DNA from: an uncultured Nitrososphaerota archaeon
GTDB lineage: Archaea > Thermoproteota > Nitrososphaeria > Nitrososphaerales > Nitrosopumilaceae
Assembly: GCA_963824385.1 (NCBI GenBank)
Contig: CAWGPD010000003.1
Span: forward strand, 64,001 to 128,000
DNA: 64,000 nt
Direction of reading: 5' to 3'
Shown: in pieces, positions 31,544 through 41,653 of the stretch
Position numbering within the stretch: position 1 is the first letter of the stretch
Layout of the letters: each line of letters begins with the position of its first letter
Notes under the pieces: model-generated
Databases searched by the model: none
What the model was told of the DNA's origin: nothing
Seen by the model: only the letters and a program-made list of their open reading frames with translations
Position numbers and translations under genes: made by a program

Positions 31544-31705
31544 CTAGGCGTGACCTTGACCTTCGTATCTCATGCCATAGGTACCCCAAGTCTTGCCTTT
31601 CTTTGCTAAATTATACCTGTGGGCTCTTTCACCAAAGTAAATTGCTATTGTCATTGCAAGACATGCTGCAGTTGCAATGAAAATGTTTATGCCTGCTTCT
31701 GTCAT
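31544..31705 (-). CDS. 53-aa single-TM microprotein divergent from amt (not in ORF track)
   Basis: MTEAGINIFIATAACLAMTIAIYFGERAHRYNLAKKGKTWGTYGMRYEGQGHA*; TATA-like element ~25 nt upstream. Confidence 0.65.
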   Translation of the reverse strand: MTEAGINIFIATAACLAMTIAIYFGERAHRYNLAKKGKTWGTYGMRYEGQGHA

Positions 31706-31805
31706 GCGTGGTTTAGTTAGGATGTTGTATAATAATTTTATTTAGAATTTTTTCAAATTCTATGATACCAAAATTTTTACAAAATTTGGATCTTAAATGG
31801 TATAA

Positions 31806-31850
31806 TATCATAAAAAAAATATTTTAGGATAAAATGCCTTTTATAGATGA
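31806..31850 (+). promoter_or_regulatory. Promoter with palindromic operator, copy 2 (amt / divergent microprotein)
   Basis: 42/45 nt identical to 29302-29346; TTTTATAG starts 31 nt before ATG 31870. Confidence 0.75.
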
Positions 31851-31869
31851 GAAACTTCTCTATCCAAAG

Positions 31870-33375
31870 ATGCTGGAGACAATTTCTAAATCGCCAATAC
31901 AGATAGTAACAAAACACAAATGGCCGGTAGTTTTTGTGCTCGCAGGCTTAATAGTCGGGTTATCTGGATTCACGGCAATACAGGATGCACACGCTCAGTT
32001 TGGTCCGTTAGGAGCTCTTGCAGATCCTAATAAAACTAATGAGCTTCACTGTGCTCAGCCGATGATACCACCAGGTAATGGAACGTTCGGTGGAAGTAAT
32101 GCCCCATGTATAGATACAGGAGATACAACCTTCATGTACGCAGCAGCAGTCTTCGTCATGATCATGACTCCTGGTGGTGTGGGATTCTTGTATGGAGGTC
32201 TTACAAGAAGAAAGCACTCTCTAACAGTAATTTTACAGGCATTCATGGTCTATGCAATTGTCAGTGTTCAATGGGTAGTCTTTGGATACTCGATAATGTT
32301 TGGTCCTTCTGCTGATCCTGTTGGATTTATCGGAAACCTTGACTGGGTAGGCTTGAATAACGTATCGCACAATGCACCAGCCGATGTATATGCTCCAACC
32401 ATTCCTCACTTAGCCTATGTGATGTTCCAACTCATGTTCGCTGCCATCACTCCGTCACTTGCCATAGCTGGTTATGCTGACAGAGTAAAGATGAGTGCAT
32501 TTCTAATACATGTTGTATTGTGGACTACATTTGTCTATGATTTCGTAGGACATGCAAACTGGTCTCTTGCAAGTCAGGGTACCGCGATGGGCTGGTTAGC
32601 CAAGATCGGTACGGAAGACTTTGCGGGTGGAACAGTCATTCACATCACCTCAGGATTTGCAGGTTTAGCTACCGCAATGTTCTTGGGAAGAAGAATAGGA
32701 TATGGCAAGGCACCATTTGAACCACACTCAATTCCGCTTATAATTTTGGGTGCATCATTACTTTGGTTTGGATGGTTTGGTTTTAACCCTGGTAGTGCAG
32801 GATTTGCTGGTTTCCTTGAAACACAAGCATTCCAGAACACCAACATTGCAACTGCTGTTGCAGCAATATGGTGGATGTTCTTAAGCTGGGCACATACAGG
32901 AAAGACTAGTGCCATAGGTGCGGTAAACGGAGCTGTAGCTGGACTTGTAGCAATCACGCCAGCCTCTGGTTTCATTGGAACGTGGGCATCAATAATAGTA
33001 GGATTTGCATGTGCAACGGTATGCTTCTACTGTGTATTAATCAAGAACAGGGCAAGAATAGATGATGCGCTGGATACTTGGGGTGTACACGGAATGGGCG
33101 GTGTTGTTGGTGCATTACTTACAGGTGCATTCAGTGAAGTCAGAATCAATCCATTTGGACACAATGGTCTCTTCTTTGGAAACCCAATGCAGTTTGTAAT
33201 TAATTGTATGGGTGCAGGATTTGGTGCAGCTTGGTCCTTTGGCATAACTTACATCATTTGGAGAATCCAAGATGCAATTTGGCCAGGTGGAGTTAGAGTC
33301 ACACCAAAAGAAGAAGAAGTAGGATTGGACATATCTCAAGTAGGCGAACACGCGTACTCTGGATTCGCAGAGTAA
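31870..33375 (+). CDS. amt: Ammonium transporter Amt
   Basis: DTGD, FQLMFA, DFAGGTVIH, LWFGWFGFN, GLVAITP, GVHG; start moved to 31870 because the 31834 ATG abuts the TATA box. Confidence 0.96.
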   Translation: MLETISKSPIQIVTKHKWPVVFVLAGLIVGLSGFTAIQDAHAQFGPLGALADPNKTNELHCAQPMIPPGNGTFGGSNAPCIDTGDTTFMYAAAVFVMIMTPGGVGFLYGGLTRRKHSLTVILQAFMVYAIVSVQWVVFGYSIMFGPSADPVGFIGNLDWVGLNNVSHNAPADVYAPTIPHLAYVMFQLMFAAITPSLAIAGYADRVKMSAFLIHVVLWTTFVYDFVGHANWSLASQGTAMGWLAKIGTEDFAGGTVIHITSGFAGLATAMFLGRRIGYGKAPFEPHSIPLIILGASLLWFGWFGFNPGSAGFAGFLETQAFQNTNIATAVAAIWWMFLSWAHTGKTSAIGAVNGAVAGLVAITPASGFIGTWASIIVGFACATVCFYCVLIKNRARIDDALDTWGVHGMGGVVGALLTGAFSEVRINPFGHNGLFFGNPMQFVINCMGAGFGAAWSFGITYIIWRIQDAIWPGGVRVTPKEEEVGLDISQVGEHAYSGFAE

Positions 33376-33482
33376 ACTATTCCCACCTTTTTCATTTTTA
33401 TGTTTTCCAAGTCGCTGTTGATTGATTATTATTTCTTAAATTGAGAAACAGTAAATAGATGTCAATTTACCAAACTTTGTAA

Positions 33483-33689
33483 ATGGCAGACAAGTGGTTA
33501 GTTTTTGTTGCATTACAATTTGTTAGTGCTGCAATTGGATTTGGTTTTTGGTATCTTGTTGATCATAGTTTTATCTTTCTAATGGTAGGAGGGCTCTTCT
33601 TTACACTTGGAACATTTGGTGCCACACGCTGGGGCTTTGACAAATGGAAAGGTAAAAACAAACCAAGAAAACGCGAAAAGAAACGATAA
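33483..33689 (+). CDS. Small two-TM protein
   Basis: Two hydrophobic segments, basic tail. Confidence 0.6.
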   Translation: MADKWLVFVALQFVSAAIGFGFWYLVDHSFIFLMVGGLFFTLGTFGATRWGFDKWKGKNKPRKREKKR

Positions 33690-33773
33690 TTTTATTTTTT
33701 ATGTTTTAATTTTTGATTTTCATATAATGGTATCTTTTATATCAATCACAATTTGCACTACCTGTAGATATTC

Positions 33774-34460
33774 TTGTCAGCAAAAAAACTCACATCTAGT
33801 AAAAAGAGACGTCTTGTAATATTTGCCATAATTACCATAATTGGAATTTCATATGCATTTTACAATTCGCAACTCAACTCTGGTTTTAAACATACCGTGA
33901 TGTGGAACTTTGATTCGTATCAAAATGGGACAATCCCCCAGGGTTTTGCTGCACTATCTACTGATCAAACGCCTTCCTGGGTAATAGTATCAGACCCAAC
34001 TGCACCATCTCCACCAAATGTATTGGAAAAAATACCGATTAATGATACTAATGATTATCATCTACAATTAATTCCAAATTCGCCTAATGTTGATACTGAA
34101 AATGTCACCATGAATTTTAAAATTGTGTCAGGTGAAAATGCAAAGTCTGCAGGTATGATTCTTCGATTCGTTGACATGAAACATTATTTTGTTTTGATGG
34201 CAGATTCTGGCCAAAACAGGCTCTCTTTATGCAAGGATACTCCTGACTTTTTATTGTGTATTTATGAAAAAAATATTACGATTACTTCAGGTCAGTGGCA
34301 TACACTCAAAGCATTGGTATCTTCGCAGGGAATAGCCGCATATCTTGATGGTCAAGTTGTCATACGAGCAAATGATCATAATTATCTGCAAGGACAAGTT
34401 GGACTGTGGACCAAGAAAGACACTGGTGCATTATTTGATGATCTTAAAATAGAGTACTAG
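33774..34460 (+). CDS. Membrane-anchored DUF1080/ConA-like beta-sandwich protein
   Basis: N-terminal TM; AGMILR..D...YF, GQWHTLK, G.VGLW, FDDLKI. Confidence 0.7.
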   Translation: MSAKKLTSSKKRRLVIFAIITIIGISYAFYNSQLNSGFKHTVMWNFDSYQNGTIPQGFAALSTDQTPSWVIVSDPTAPSPPNVLEKIPINDTNDYHLQLIPNSPNVDTENVTMNFKIVSGENAKSAGMILRFVDMKHYFVLMADSGQNRLSLCKDTPDFLLCIYEKNITITSGQWHTLKALVSSQGIAAYLDGQVVIRANDHNYLQGQVGLWTKKDTGALFDDLKIEY

Positions 34461-34540
34461 CACAAACTCGTTTTAAAATTCTGGTCGAGTCCTTACACTA
34501 AAATTGCCTAGAGATTTGAATAGACTTTAGTTACAACAAT

Positions 34541-34819
34541 ATGGAGTCAATTGATGCCCAAGAAAAATTTCTCAAGATTCAGCTCATACTTGCAGTAATA
34601 CCTACATTTGTGACTCAGTTGTTTGCGTTTTACAGAATACGAAAACTAACCTATGGTATCATAATTGAAGTGATAATATTTTTTGTAGACTTGGTAATTC
34701 AGACAAGTATATCATGGCCATTTGGAGTGATAATTGTACTTCCGATATCTGTTTTAATTCCTGTTTACTTTGTACGAAAGTGGACTTTGGAATTTAACCA
34801 AACAAAGTCCATGTTCTAA
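34541..34819 (+). CDS. Small membrane protein
   Basis: Hydrophobic 92 aa, LFAFYRIRKL. Confidence 0.65.
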   Translation: MESIDAQEKFLKIQLILAVIPTFVTQLFAFYRIRKLTYGIIIEVIIFFVDLVIQTSISWPFGVIIVLPISVLIPVYFVRKWTLEFNQTKSMF

Positions 34820-34870
34820 AAATAGTTTATACTAATTCAAATAAAATGAAAAGAGAGGGGGTGATTGTTT

Positions 34871-35438
34871 TTAAATCACTTGCCAAGGTCTTGTAGCGAA
34901 AGTAACCACATATCCAATTGCAATGACTATCGATTGATAGGCTACGTTTACATATGGAATTGGTTTTACGATTGGATCGCCTGTTACCACGACTGTTTGT
35001 CCTGGACCTAGACCTGGACCGATGCTTGCTATGTTAAGTCTGTGTATGCATGTGATATACTGCTGGTTCAAGTGCTCTGATTGTTAGCTTGTATGGAACC
35101 ACTCCGTTTGCTGGTATTGTAATTACGTTACCAGGTGGATCTCTTGCTACAATCTCCCATCTGTTACCAGCGTTTGGTGAGTCACCGTAAACGGTGTACC
35201 ATCCTCGCAAGTCTCTGTTTACAAGACTTACAAATTTGCCAGAAACTGTCAGAGTGTCTCCTGTTTTAACAGATTGTTTTGACCAAGTCTCACCATCTAT
35301 TCTAATAAAACGACTCTGTAGTTGTGCCTGGACACCATGTGCTTCAGCATGTTGGAACATTTGTGCCATTGATGGTCCAACTGCTCCAAGTGCTACTATC
35401 ACACTTATTGCAGCCACAATAAACTTCTTATCGACCAT
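34871..35438 (-). CDS. amoB: Ammonia monooxygenase subunit B (1-nt insertion near 35039)
   Basis: Signal peptide, AEA|HGVQAQLQSRF, YHMHTQ then LNIASIGPGLGPG in the shifted frame. Confidence 0.95.
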
Positions 35439-35690
35439 ATCGAACTGTAACAATTGAGAAACTACAACGATATATATTTTGCCCTGACTGATCCCTCTTA
35501 TGACAATAATCATGTATAACAGCGGTGTTAATCATGTATAATGTAATTTTATGTATGATGTAATTATCATATTGTATGTTGATTTAAAGTATTATTGATA
35601 TAATTTTTGGCATAAAAATATAAGAATTATACTTGATCTTATAGAAATTATAACTTATGGTTTAAATAAGTATCAACCATTCACTACTCC

Positions 35691-36254
35691 ATGGCACAAA
35701 TGCCCGCACTAATTCCAAAAGAAGTTGAAATCCAGAGACTGAAGAAGATCTGGCTTATCATCATCGCATTGGGATCAATTGCAGCATCAGTAGAGGTTGA
35801 TAACTTCGTAGATGGATCTTTACACCAGACATCAATCAGAGATAGTGCCTTCACACCAGCACACTGGTGGTTATACAGCCACTTCATTGCTCTTCCATTA
35901 GGATGGGGAATGGTAGCTATGTATGATAGAAAAGTACCAATCCTGAGAGGTCCAAACAACTCAATGAACACAGGTCTTAAGATGACCATCCTTGGTTACT
36001 TGGCAACAATGTTTACCATTGGTGTTAATGAGATGTGGCACTTCTGGTATGTAGAGGAGATCTTTGCAGTTCCAAATCACTGGATGTTTAACATGGGTGT
36101 CGTCGTTGCTTTCATGGGTGCACTTGCCTATGTAGTAAGAGTATACGCACGACTCGTCGAACTTGGAGCAGAAACCCCAGGAGAGAACCCATATGTTGCA
36201 GAAATGTACAAGATGGCCTTAGAGGGCAAATTGTACAGCAGATCAATCCCATAA
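35691..36254 (+). CDS. amoC: Ammonia monooxygenase subunit C
   Basis: MAQMPALIPKEVEIQRLKK, DGSLHQTSIRDSAFTPAH, NEMWHFW. Confidence 0.98.
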   Translation: MAQMPALIPKEVEIQRLKKIWLIIIALGSIAASVEVDNFVDGSLHQTSIRDSAFTPAHWWLYSHFIALPLGWGMVAMYDRKVPILRGPNNSMNTGLKMTILGYLATMFTIGVNEMWHFWYVEEIFAVPNHWMFNMGVVVAFMGALAYVVRVYARLVELGAETPGENPYVAEMYKMALEGKLYSRSIP

Positions 36255-36361
36255 ACGCGCAAAAGGCGCTCTTTCTCTTTTATTTTTCCCGATCAAATTA
36301 ACGCAAGTTATGTCTCATCTTGGGAAAAGATTTAAAAGCATACATCTGTCATTAAATCCAA

Positions 36362-36724
36362 ATGACCTTACCAAAAGGATTCGGTACTGGTGGCGGAGCT
36401 TCAAGTTCCGATATAAGCAAGATGATAGGACGACGTGTAGAAGATCACTTCGGAATTATTACTGCATTCTTCCTCGCATTATGGGGAGGAACATGGGCAG
36501 GAATAGCAGTCGCATGCGTTTACTATCCTTGGGCATATCCACCGCCAAGCGCACACTTTGCATTGACATGCCTTACAATTATCGAGGCAATAGGTTACTT
36601 GTTCTGTGTTAAAGTAGTAACTGAAGGTACATCAAAAGCAAAGACATACAATGGTGCAATCGCTGGCATAATCGCAGCAGTAGCAATAGGCACATTGCTT
36701 ACAGATTGCTTCTTCTTCGGTTAG
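36362..36724 (+). CDS. amoX: Ammonia monooxygenase subunit X
   Basis: TLPKGFG..GG, MIGRRVE; lies between amoC and amoA. Confidence 0.88.
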   Translation: MTLPKGFGTGGGASSSDISKMIGRRVEDHFGIITAFFLALWGGTWAGIAVACVYYPWAYPPPSAHFALTCLTIIEAIGYLFCVKVVTEGTSKAKTYNGAIAGIIAAVAIGTLLTDCFFFG

Positions 36725-36835
36725 AAATTCCCTTTTCATCTTTTCTTTTATTATCCAGATCTAACTTGAGTTGATCTCGTTGTTGATCTCGTACTTGATA
36801 AAATTTTATATACATCACATCCTGAATACAATCCA

Positions 36836-37486
36836 ATGGTCTGGCTAAGACGATGTACTCACTACTTATTCATAGTAGTGGTAGCAGTCAACTCGACCCT
36901 GTTGGTAATCAACGCAGGAGACTACATATTCTACACTGATTGGGCATGGACATCATATGTGATATTCACATTATCACAATCATTGATGCTCGCAGTTGGT
37001 GCAGCATATTACCTAACGTTCACTGGTGTTCCAGGAACTGCAACATACTATGCACTGATAATGACGGTGTATACGTGGATTGCAAAAGGTGCGTGGTTCT
37101 CCTTAGGATACCCATACAGCTTCATCGTTGTTCCGATATGGATTCCGTCAGCAATATTGATGGACTTGGCATATTGGGCAACAAAGAGAAACAAACACTC
37201 TTTGATCCTAATCGGCGGTGTACTCTGTGGAATGTCTATGTCGTTGTTCAACATGATCAATCTAATTACAATAGATGATCCTCTTGAGACTGCTTTCAAA
37301 TACCCGAGAACCACATTGCCTCCATACATGACCCCAATAGAACCCCAAGTAGGAAAGTTCTATGATAGTCCCGTAGCTTTGGGTGCAGGCGCTAGTGCAG
37401 TATTAACGGTAACAATGACTGCATTAGGAACCAAACTAACAACATGGACTTACAGGTGGATGGCAGCTTGGTCTAAGTGGGACTAA
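36836..37486 (+). CDS. amoA: Ammonia monooxygenase subunit A
   Basis: MVWLRRCTHY...YRWMAAWSKWD, canonical archaeal AmoA. Confidence 0.99.
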   Translation: MVWLRRCTHYLFIVVVAVNSTLLVINAGDYIFYTDWAWTSYVIFTLSQSLMLAVGAAYYLTFTGVPGTATYYALIMTVYTWIAKGAWFSLGYPYSFIVVPIWIPSAILMDLAYWATKRNKHSLILIGGVLCGMSMSLFNMINLITIDDPLETAFKYPRTTLPPYMTPIEPQVGKFYDSPVALGAGASAVLTVTMTALGTKLTTWTYRWMAAWSKWD

Positions 37487-37520
37487 CTTCCCTTTCCTTT
37501 TACTTTTATTATTTTACTTG
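37487..37520 (+). terminator. Pyrimidine/T-rich terminator after amoA
   Basis: CTTCCCTTTCCTTTTACTTTTATTATTTT; similar tracts follow amoC, amoX, amoY, amoZ and amt. Confidence 0.55.
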
Positions 37521-37575
37521 TAGTAAGCTATCTTCAAAATTTAGTTTTGATTAAAAAAAGTTACACAAGGTGTGA

Positions 37576-38485
<910 letters not shown>

Positions 38486-38549
38486 AATAGGCACTAAATC
38501 AGACAAACCAGTACAGTAAAATCAAAGATGATTTTCAGTCTCTGATAGA

Positions 38550-39089
38550 TTGGATCAAGACAAGAAAGAACACGTCATAAAAATTGCCAAATTAACAAGT
38601 GTAGAACTCTTGGAATCGGCAAGGCCTTTACGTGAAATCTTGGAGACATGCAAGAGCATCTGCAAGATGGCAGGAATATCTGATGAGAATTCCTGGATTG
38701 ACCTTGAGATTAATGGCTATGCGGTAAAGTACAAGACACAAGATGATCTGTGCCAAAATCTTCCGGCATATAGGAAGACTGGCTGGAAGTTTCATGATCT
38801 TTATGGAAACTTGATTCCACTACACCCCGTAGCAGCTGCTCTTTTTGGCCAGTCTACAATATATCATCCAATTAAGGAATTGGAAAGTAACAAACCAATT
38901 ATAATTGAAGCAAAGTATCTAGAAAAATTTAACAACTTTAGATCTAAATTCGGTTTGGATGAGATCTCTAAAGTTTCAATCCATGAAGGGAGAATCCCTC
39001 CAGAAGAGATAAGACATGTTCTGGAAGGTGTAAAAAATAGAATTCAAGAGTTGCTTGATGTTATCATCTCTTTGCTAGAGATGCAATAA
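38550..39089 (+). CDS. AbiTii-like domain protein
   Basis: L..IL..CK.I...WIDLEINGY...LPAYR pattern. Confidence 0.55.
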   Translation: MDQDKKEHVIKIAKLTSVELLESARPLREILETCKSICKMAGISDENSWIDLEINGYAVKYKTQDDLCQNLPAYRKTGWKFHDLYGNLIPLHPVAAALFGQSTIYHPIKELESNKPIIIEAKYLEKFNNFRSKFGLDEISKVSIHEGRIPPEEIRHVLEGVKNRIQELLDVIISLLEMQ

Positions 39090-39230
39090 ACTGCATATTA
39101 TAATGAAAAGTTAATTTGCTAGCTTGTTACTATAATTGTATTCAAATTAGTCCATTACCAAAATCATATTTTCTGTTACCTGTTTTGGAGTCAAATCTAT
39201 ACAACAAAAGTGTAATGGAGGCTGACTAGC

Positions 39231-40559
39231 ATGGCCGGTTTTGGAAATATTGGCGGACTGTTGCTTGCAATCTTTGGGCTCTTAATTGCAGCCTTTGGGT
39301 TAAATGTGCACGGAAATCACTCAACTTATGCATTCATTCTCGGAGTAGGCTGTGCTGCTACTGGTGGAATAATTGTATGGTCTAGTAAAAGACAAGGAAA
39401 AAATTTCCAAACACAACCATATGAGGTCATATCTGGAAATACAACTTACTCTGTAGACTCGAAATACAAAAAAATCTATGAAGGCTCCCCAATTTTACAA
39501 AGAACGGTAAATACTTCTGGGATCATTCTAGAATGTAATCCTGCATATGTGAAAAATTTTGCAAATTCAAAAGAAGAAATTATCGGCAAGTCTATTTTTG
39601 ATCATGTCGCAGAAAAAAGTTCTGCTGATATGAAAAATGCCTTTGAAAACTGGAAGAAAGCTAATAAAGTAGACAATGTTGAAATATGGTTCAAAAGAAA
39701 AGATGGGACGACATTTCCTGGATTACTTTCTGCAAATAATATCTATGACGACAAAGGCAAAATGATAGGAAGTAATACTTTTATCAGAAATATATCTGAT
39801 ATTTATGACGCTCACAAAGTTCTCGAGGAGCATGAAAGACAAAAAATCCAGATTGACGAGCTACAAAAAACAGATTCTTCTAAAGCAGCATTTTATATGA
39901 CGGTTGCAAAAGAATCTCAAGTTCCTATATCTCCAATCTTGAAATATTCAAGGGATCTTCTAAAGGAGATTCCTCATGGAAAACTTACCAAAAAACAAGT
40001 AGAGGCAATAACTGAGATTCATGATAATGCAGCAAAACTTGATCAATTAATGATTGACATAATAGATGTACAAAAACTCAACACCAAAACCATGGAATTC
40101 AAAAAGGAGCCATTTAATGTTGATAGCTTGATGGGAGAAGTTGTTGAATTGTGCAAACCTATGATGGACGACAAGAAGATCAAGTTTGTAGATTCTTCAA
40201 GCACCAAAAAAACAATATCAAGTGACAAAGCCCTGTTAAACAAGGTCTTTTTCAATTTAGTACAAAATGCAGTTGATTTTGTGCCTACAACAGGCGCACA
40301 AATAGAGATAGGCGCCAAGGAGGAAGGTGATTCTGTGGTATTTTATGTAAAAGATAATGGGGTTGGCATAATGGATAAAAAGAAAGAATTTGTCTTTAAA
40401 AAATTCTATCAGGTGGATATTACCTACAAGAGAAAATATGGCGGTAGTGGATTTGGGTTGGTTATCTGCAAAGGAATTGTCGAAAACCTTGGCGGAAAAA
40501 TTTGGTTTGATACTCAAAGGGATGTAGGTACGACATTTTATTTCTCAATTCCAGCATAA
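39231..40559 (+). CDS. Membrane PAS histidine-kinase-like protein lacking the H-box His
   Basis: 2 TM, PAS/PAC, N/G1/F/G2 boxes; H-box reads VAKESQVP. Confidence 0.85.
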   Translation: MAGFGNIGGLLLAIFGLLIAAFGLNVHGNHSTYAFILGVGCAATGGIIVWSSKRQGKNFQTQPYEVISGNTTYSVDSKYKKIYEGSPILQRTVNTSGIILECNPAYVKNFANSKEEIIGKSIFDHVAEKSSADMKNAFENWKKANKVDNVEIWFKRKDGTTFPGLLSANNIYDDKGKMIGSNTFIRNISDIYDAHKVLEEHERQKIQIDELQKTDSSKAAFYMTVAKESQVPISPILKYSRDLLKEIPHGKLTKKQVEAITEIHDNAAKLDQLMIDIIDVQKLNTKTMEFKKEPFNVDSLMGEVVELCKPMMDDKKIKFVDSSSTKKTISSDKALLNKVFFNLVQNAVDFVPTTGAQIEIGAKEEGDSVVFYVKDNGVGIMDKKKEFVFKKFYQVDITYKRKYGGSGFGLVICKGIVENLGGKIWFDTQRDVGTTFYFSIPA

Positions 40560-40577
40560 TAAAATTATAAAACATTA

Positions 40578-40651
40578 AGCTTCGAACGGGATTCGATCCC
40601 GCGACCTTTACCTTACCAAGGTAACGCTCTACCAGGCTGAGCTATCGAAGC
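40578..40651 (-). tRNA. tRNA-Thr(GGT)
   Basis: GCTTCGA acceptor stem; TTACC-TTGGTAA-GGTAA anticodon arm. Confidence 0.92.
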
Positions 40652-40749
40652 ATAACAAGCTCGCACTTCCGAATCCTTATTAATCTTACTTGGTTTTAGA
40701 AAAAATTTTCATAAAACGTTTAATTTCTCCGACATCTCGCTAATAAAAC

Positions 40750-40871
40750 GCAGGAGTCGCCGAGCCTGGCCAAAGTAGGTCTGATGGCCTTTGGACGCGC
40801 GGGACTTAAGATCATACAAATGGGTGATCCCGTCTCTTAGGGGTTCGTGGGTTCAAATCCCACCTCCTGCA
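40750..40871 (+). tRNA. tRNA-Leu(TAA) with two introns
   Basis: Removing ~40776-40796 and 40811-40826 gives a standard long-variable-arm Leu cloverleaf. Confidence 0.88.
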
Positions 40872-40878
40872 CCTTTTT

Positions 40879-41265
40879 TTATCTTTGGTGCTTTATTCCT
40901 CTAGCATTTAGAATTTCGTAAACTTCTGGAAGAGAAAATACAAATCCTACATGGACACAATTTTTCTCATCACACAATAAACAAAAGAGCTCATTATTTT
41001 GTACAGCAACTTCAGCTATTCTGTTTTTGATGTTATCTTTTATTACAACTCTATCATCGTCAACTGAAATCTTTTCAAGTTTTGGCGCGTATCTTGCAAA
41101 GGTATCGTCCTTTTGCATCAGGTCTTCCATCATGTAAGTAATATATCCTGCAAAACTGTTAACACCCTTCATTGCAAGTTCGTGTTTACTTTTCTTGTAT
41201 GTATCATGGAATTTGTTGTACACTTCTTCTGAAATTGTGATTGATTTGAAACCTGCTTTTGGCAT
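40879..41265 (-). CDS. Hypothetical protein with RHH-like N-terminus and C-terminal Zn motif
   Basis: FKSITISEEVY; CLLCDEKNCVH. Confidence 0.7.
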   Translation of the reverse strand: MPKAGFKSITISEEVYNKFHDTYKKSKHELAMKGVNSFAGYITYMMEDLMQKDDTFARYAPKLEKISVDDDRVVIKDNIKNRIAEVAVQNNELFCLLCDEKNCVHVGFVFSLPEVYEILNARGIKHQR

Positions 41266-41536
41266 TACTTATCTATACCGTACTTTAAAGTACTAATATT
41301 TAATACTTTTGGCTGTAAATATTGCAACCAAAGGTCAGCTTCATGTCAACTAATGTTTCATGAAAAAATGTCTTGATTATAATATGATAAAAATAATTTT
41401 AATATTTAATTAAAAAATTATTTAAAATATAATTTGATCTGTATCACGTGATATGTTTGAAGAACAAATTACTATTTTCAAACTATTAAGGATTGGGTAT
41501 CAATTCTGAGGTTTTTTTAATTACTTTTTTGATGTT

Positions 41537-41653
41537 ATGCAATCTAGTGCGCAAGTGGCATACAATATGCACCACCACATAACTTGGACCAACCAGACCA
41601 TACCAAAGTACCGGGTCAGCAAGGACTGCCTTTCATCAGCGGTCCTTTGCTGA
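41537..41653 (+). mobile_element. Remnant of an IS200/IS605-family element (TnpA N-terminal fragment plus hairpin)
   Basis: MQSSAQVAYNMHHHITW..IPKYR resembles Y1 transposase YHIVWxPKYR; followed by hairpin 41626-41653. Confidence 0.55.

Noticed and set aside
35030..35045. Programmed frameshift or true inactivation of amoB
   Set aside because: No slippery sequence, and the same one-base defect pattern occurs in many unrelated genes.
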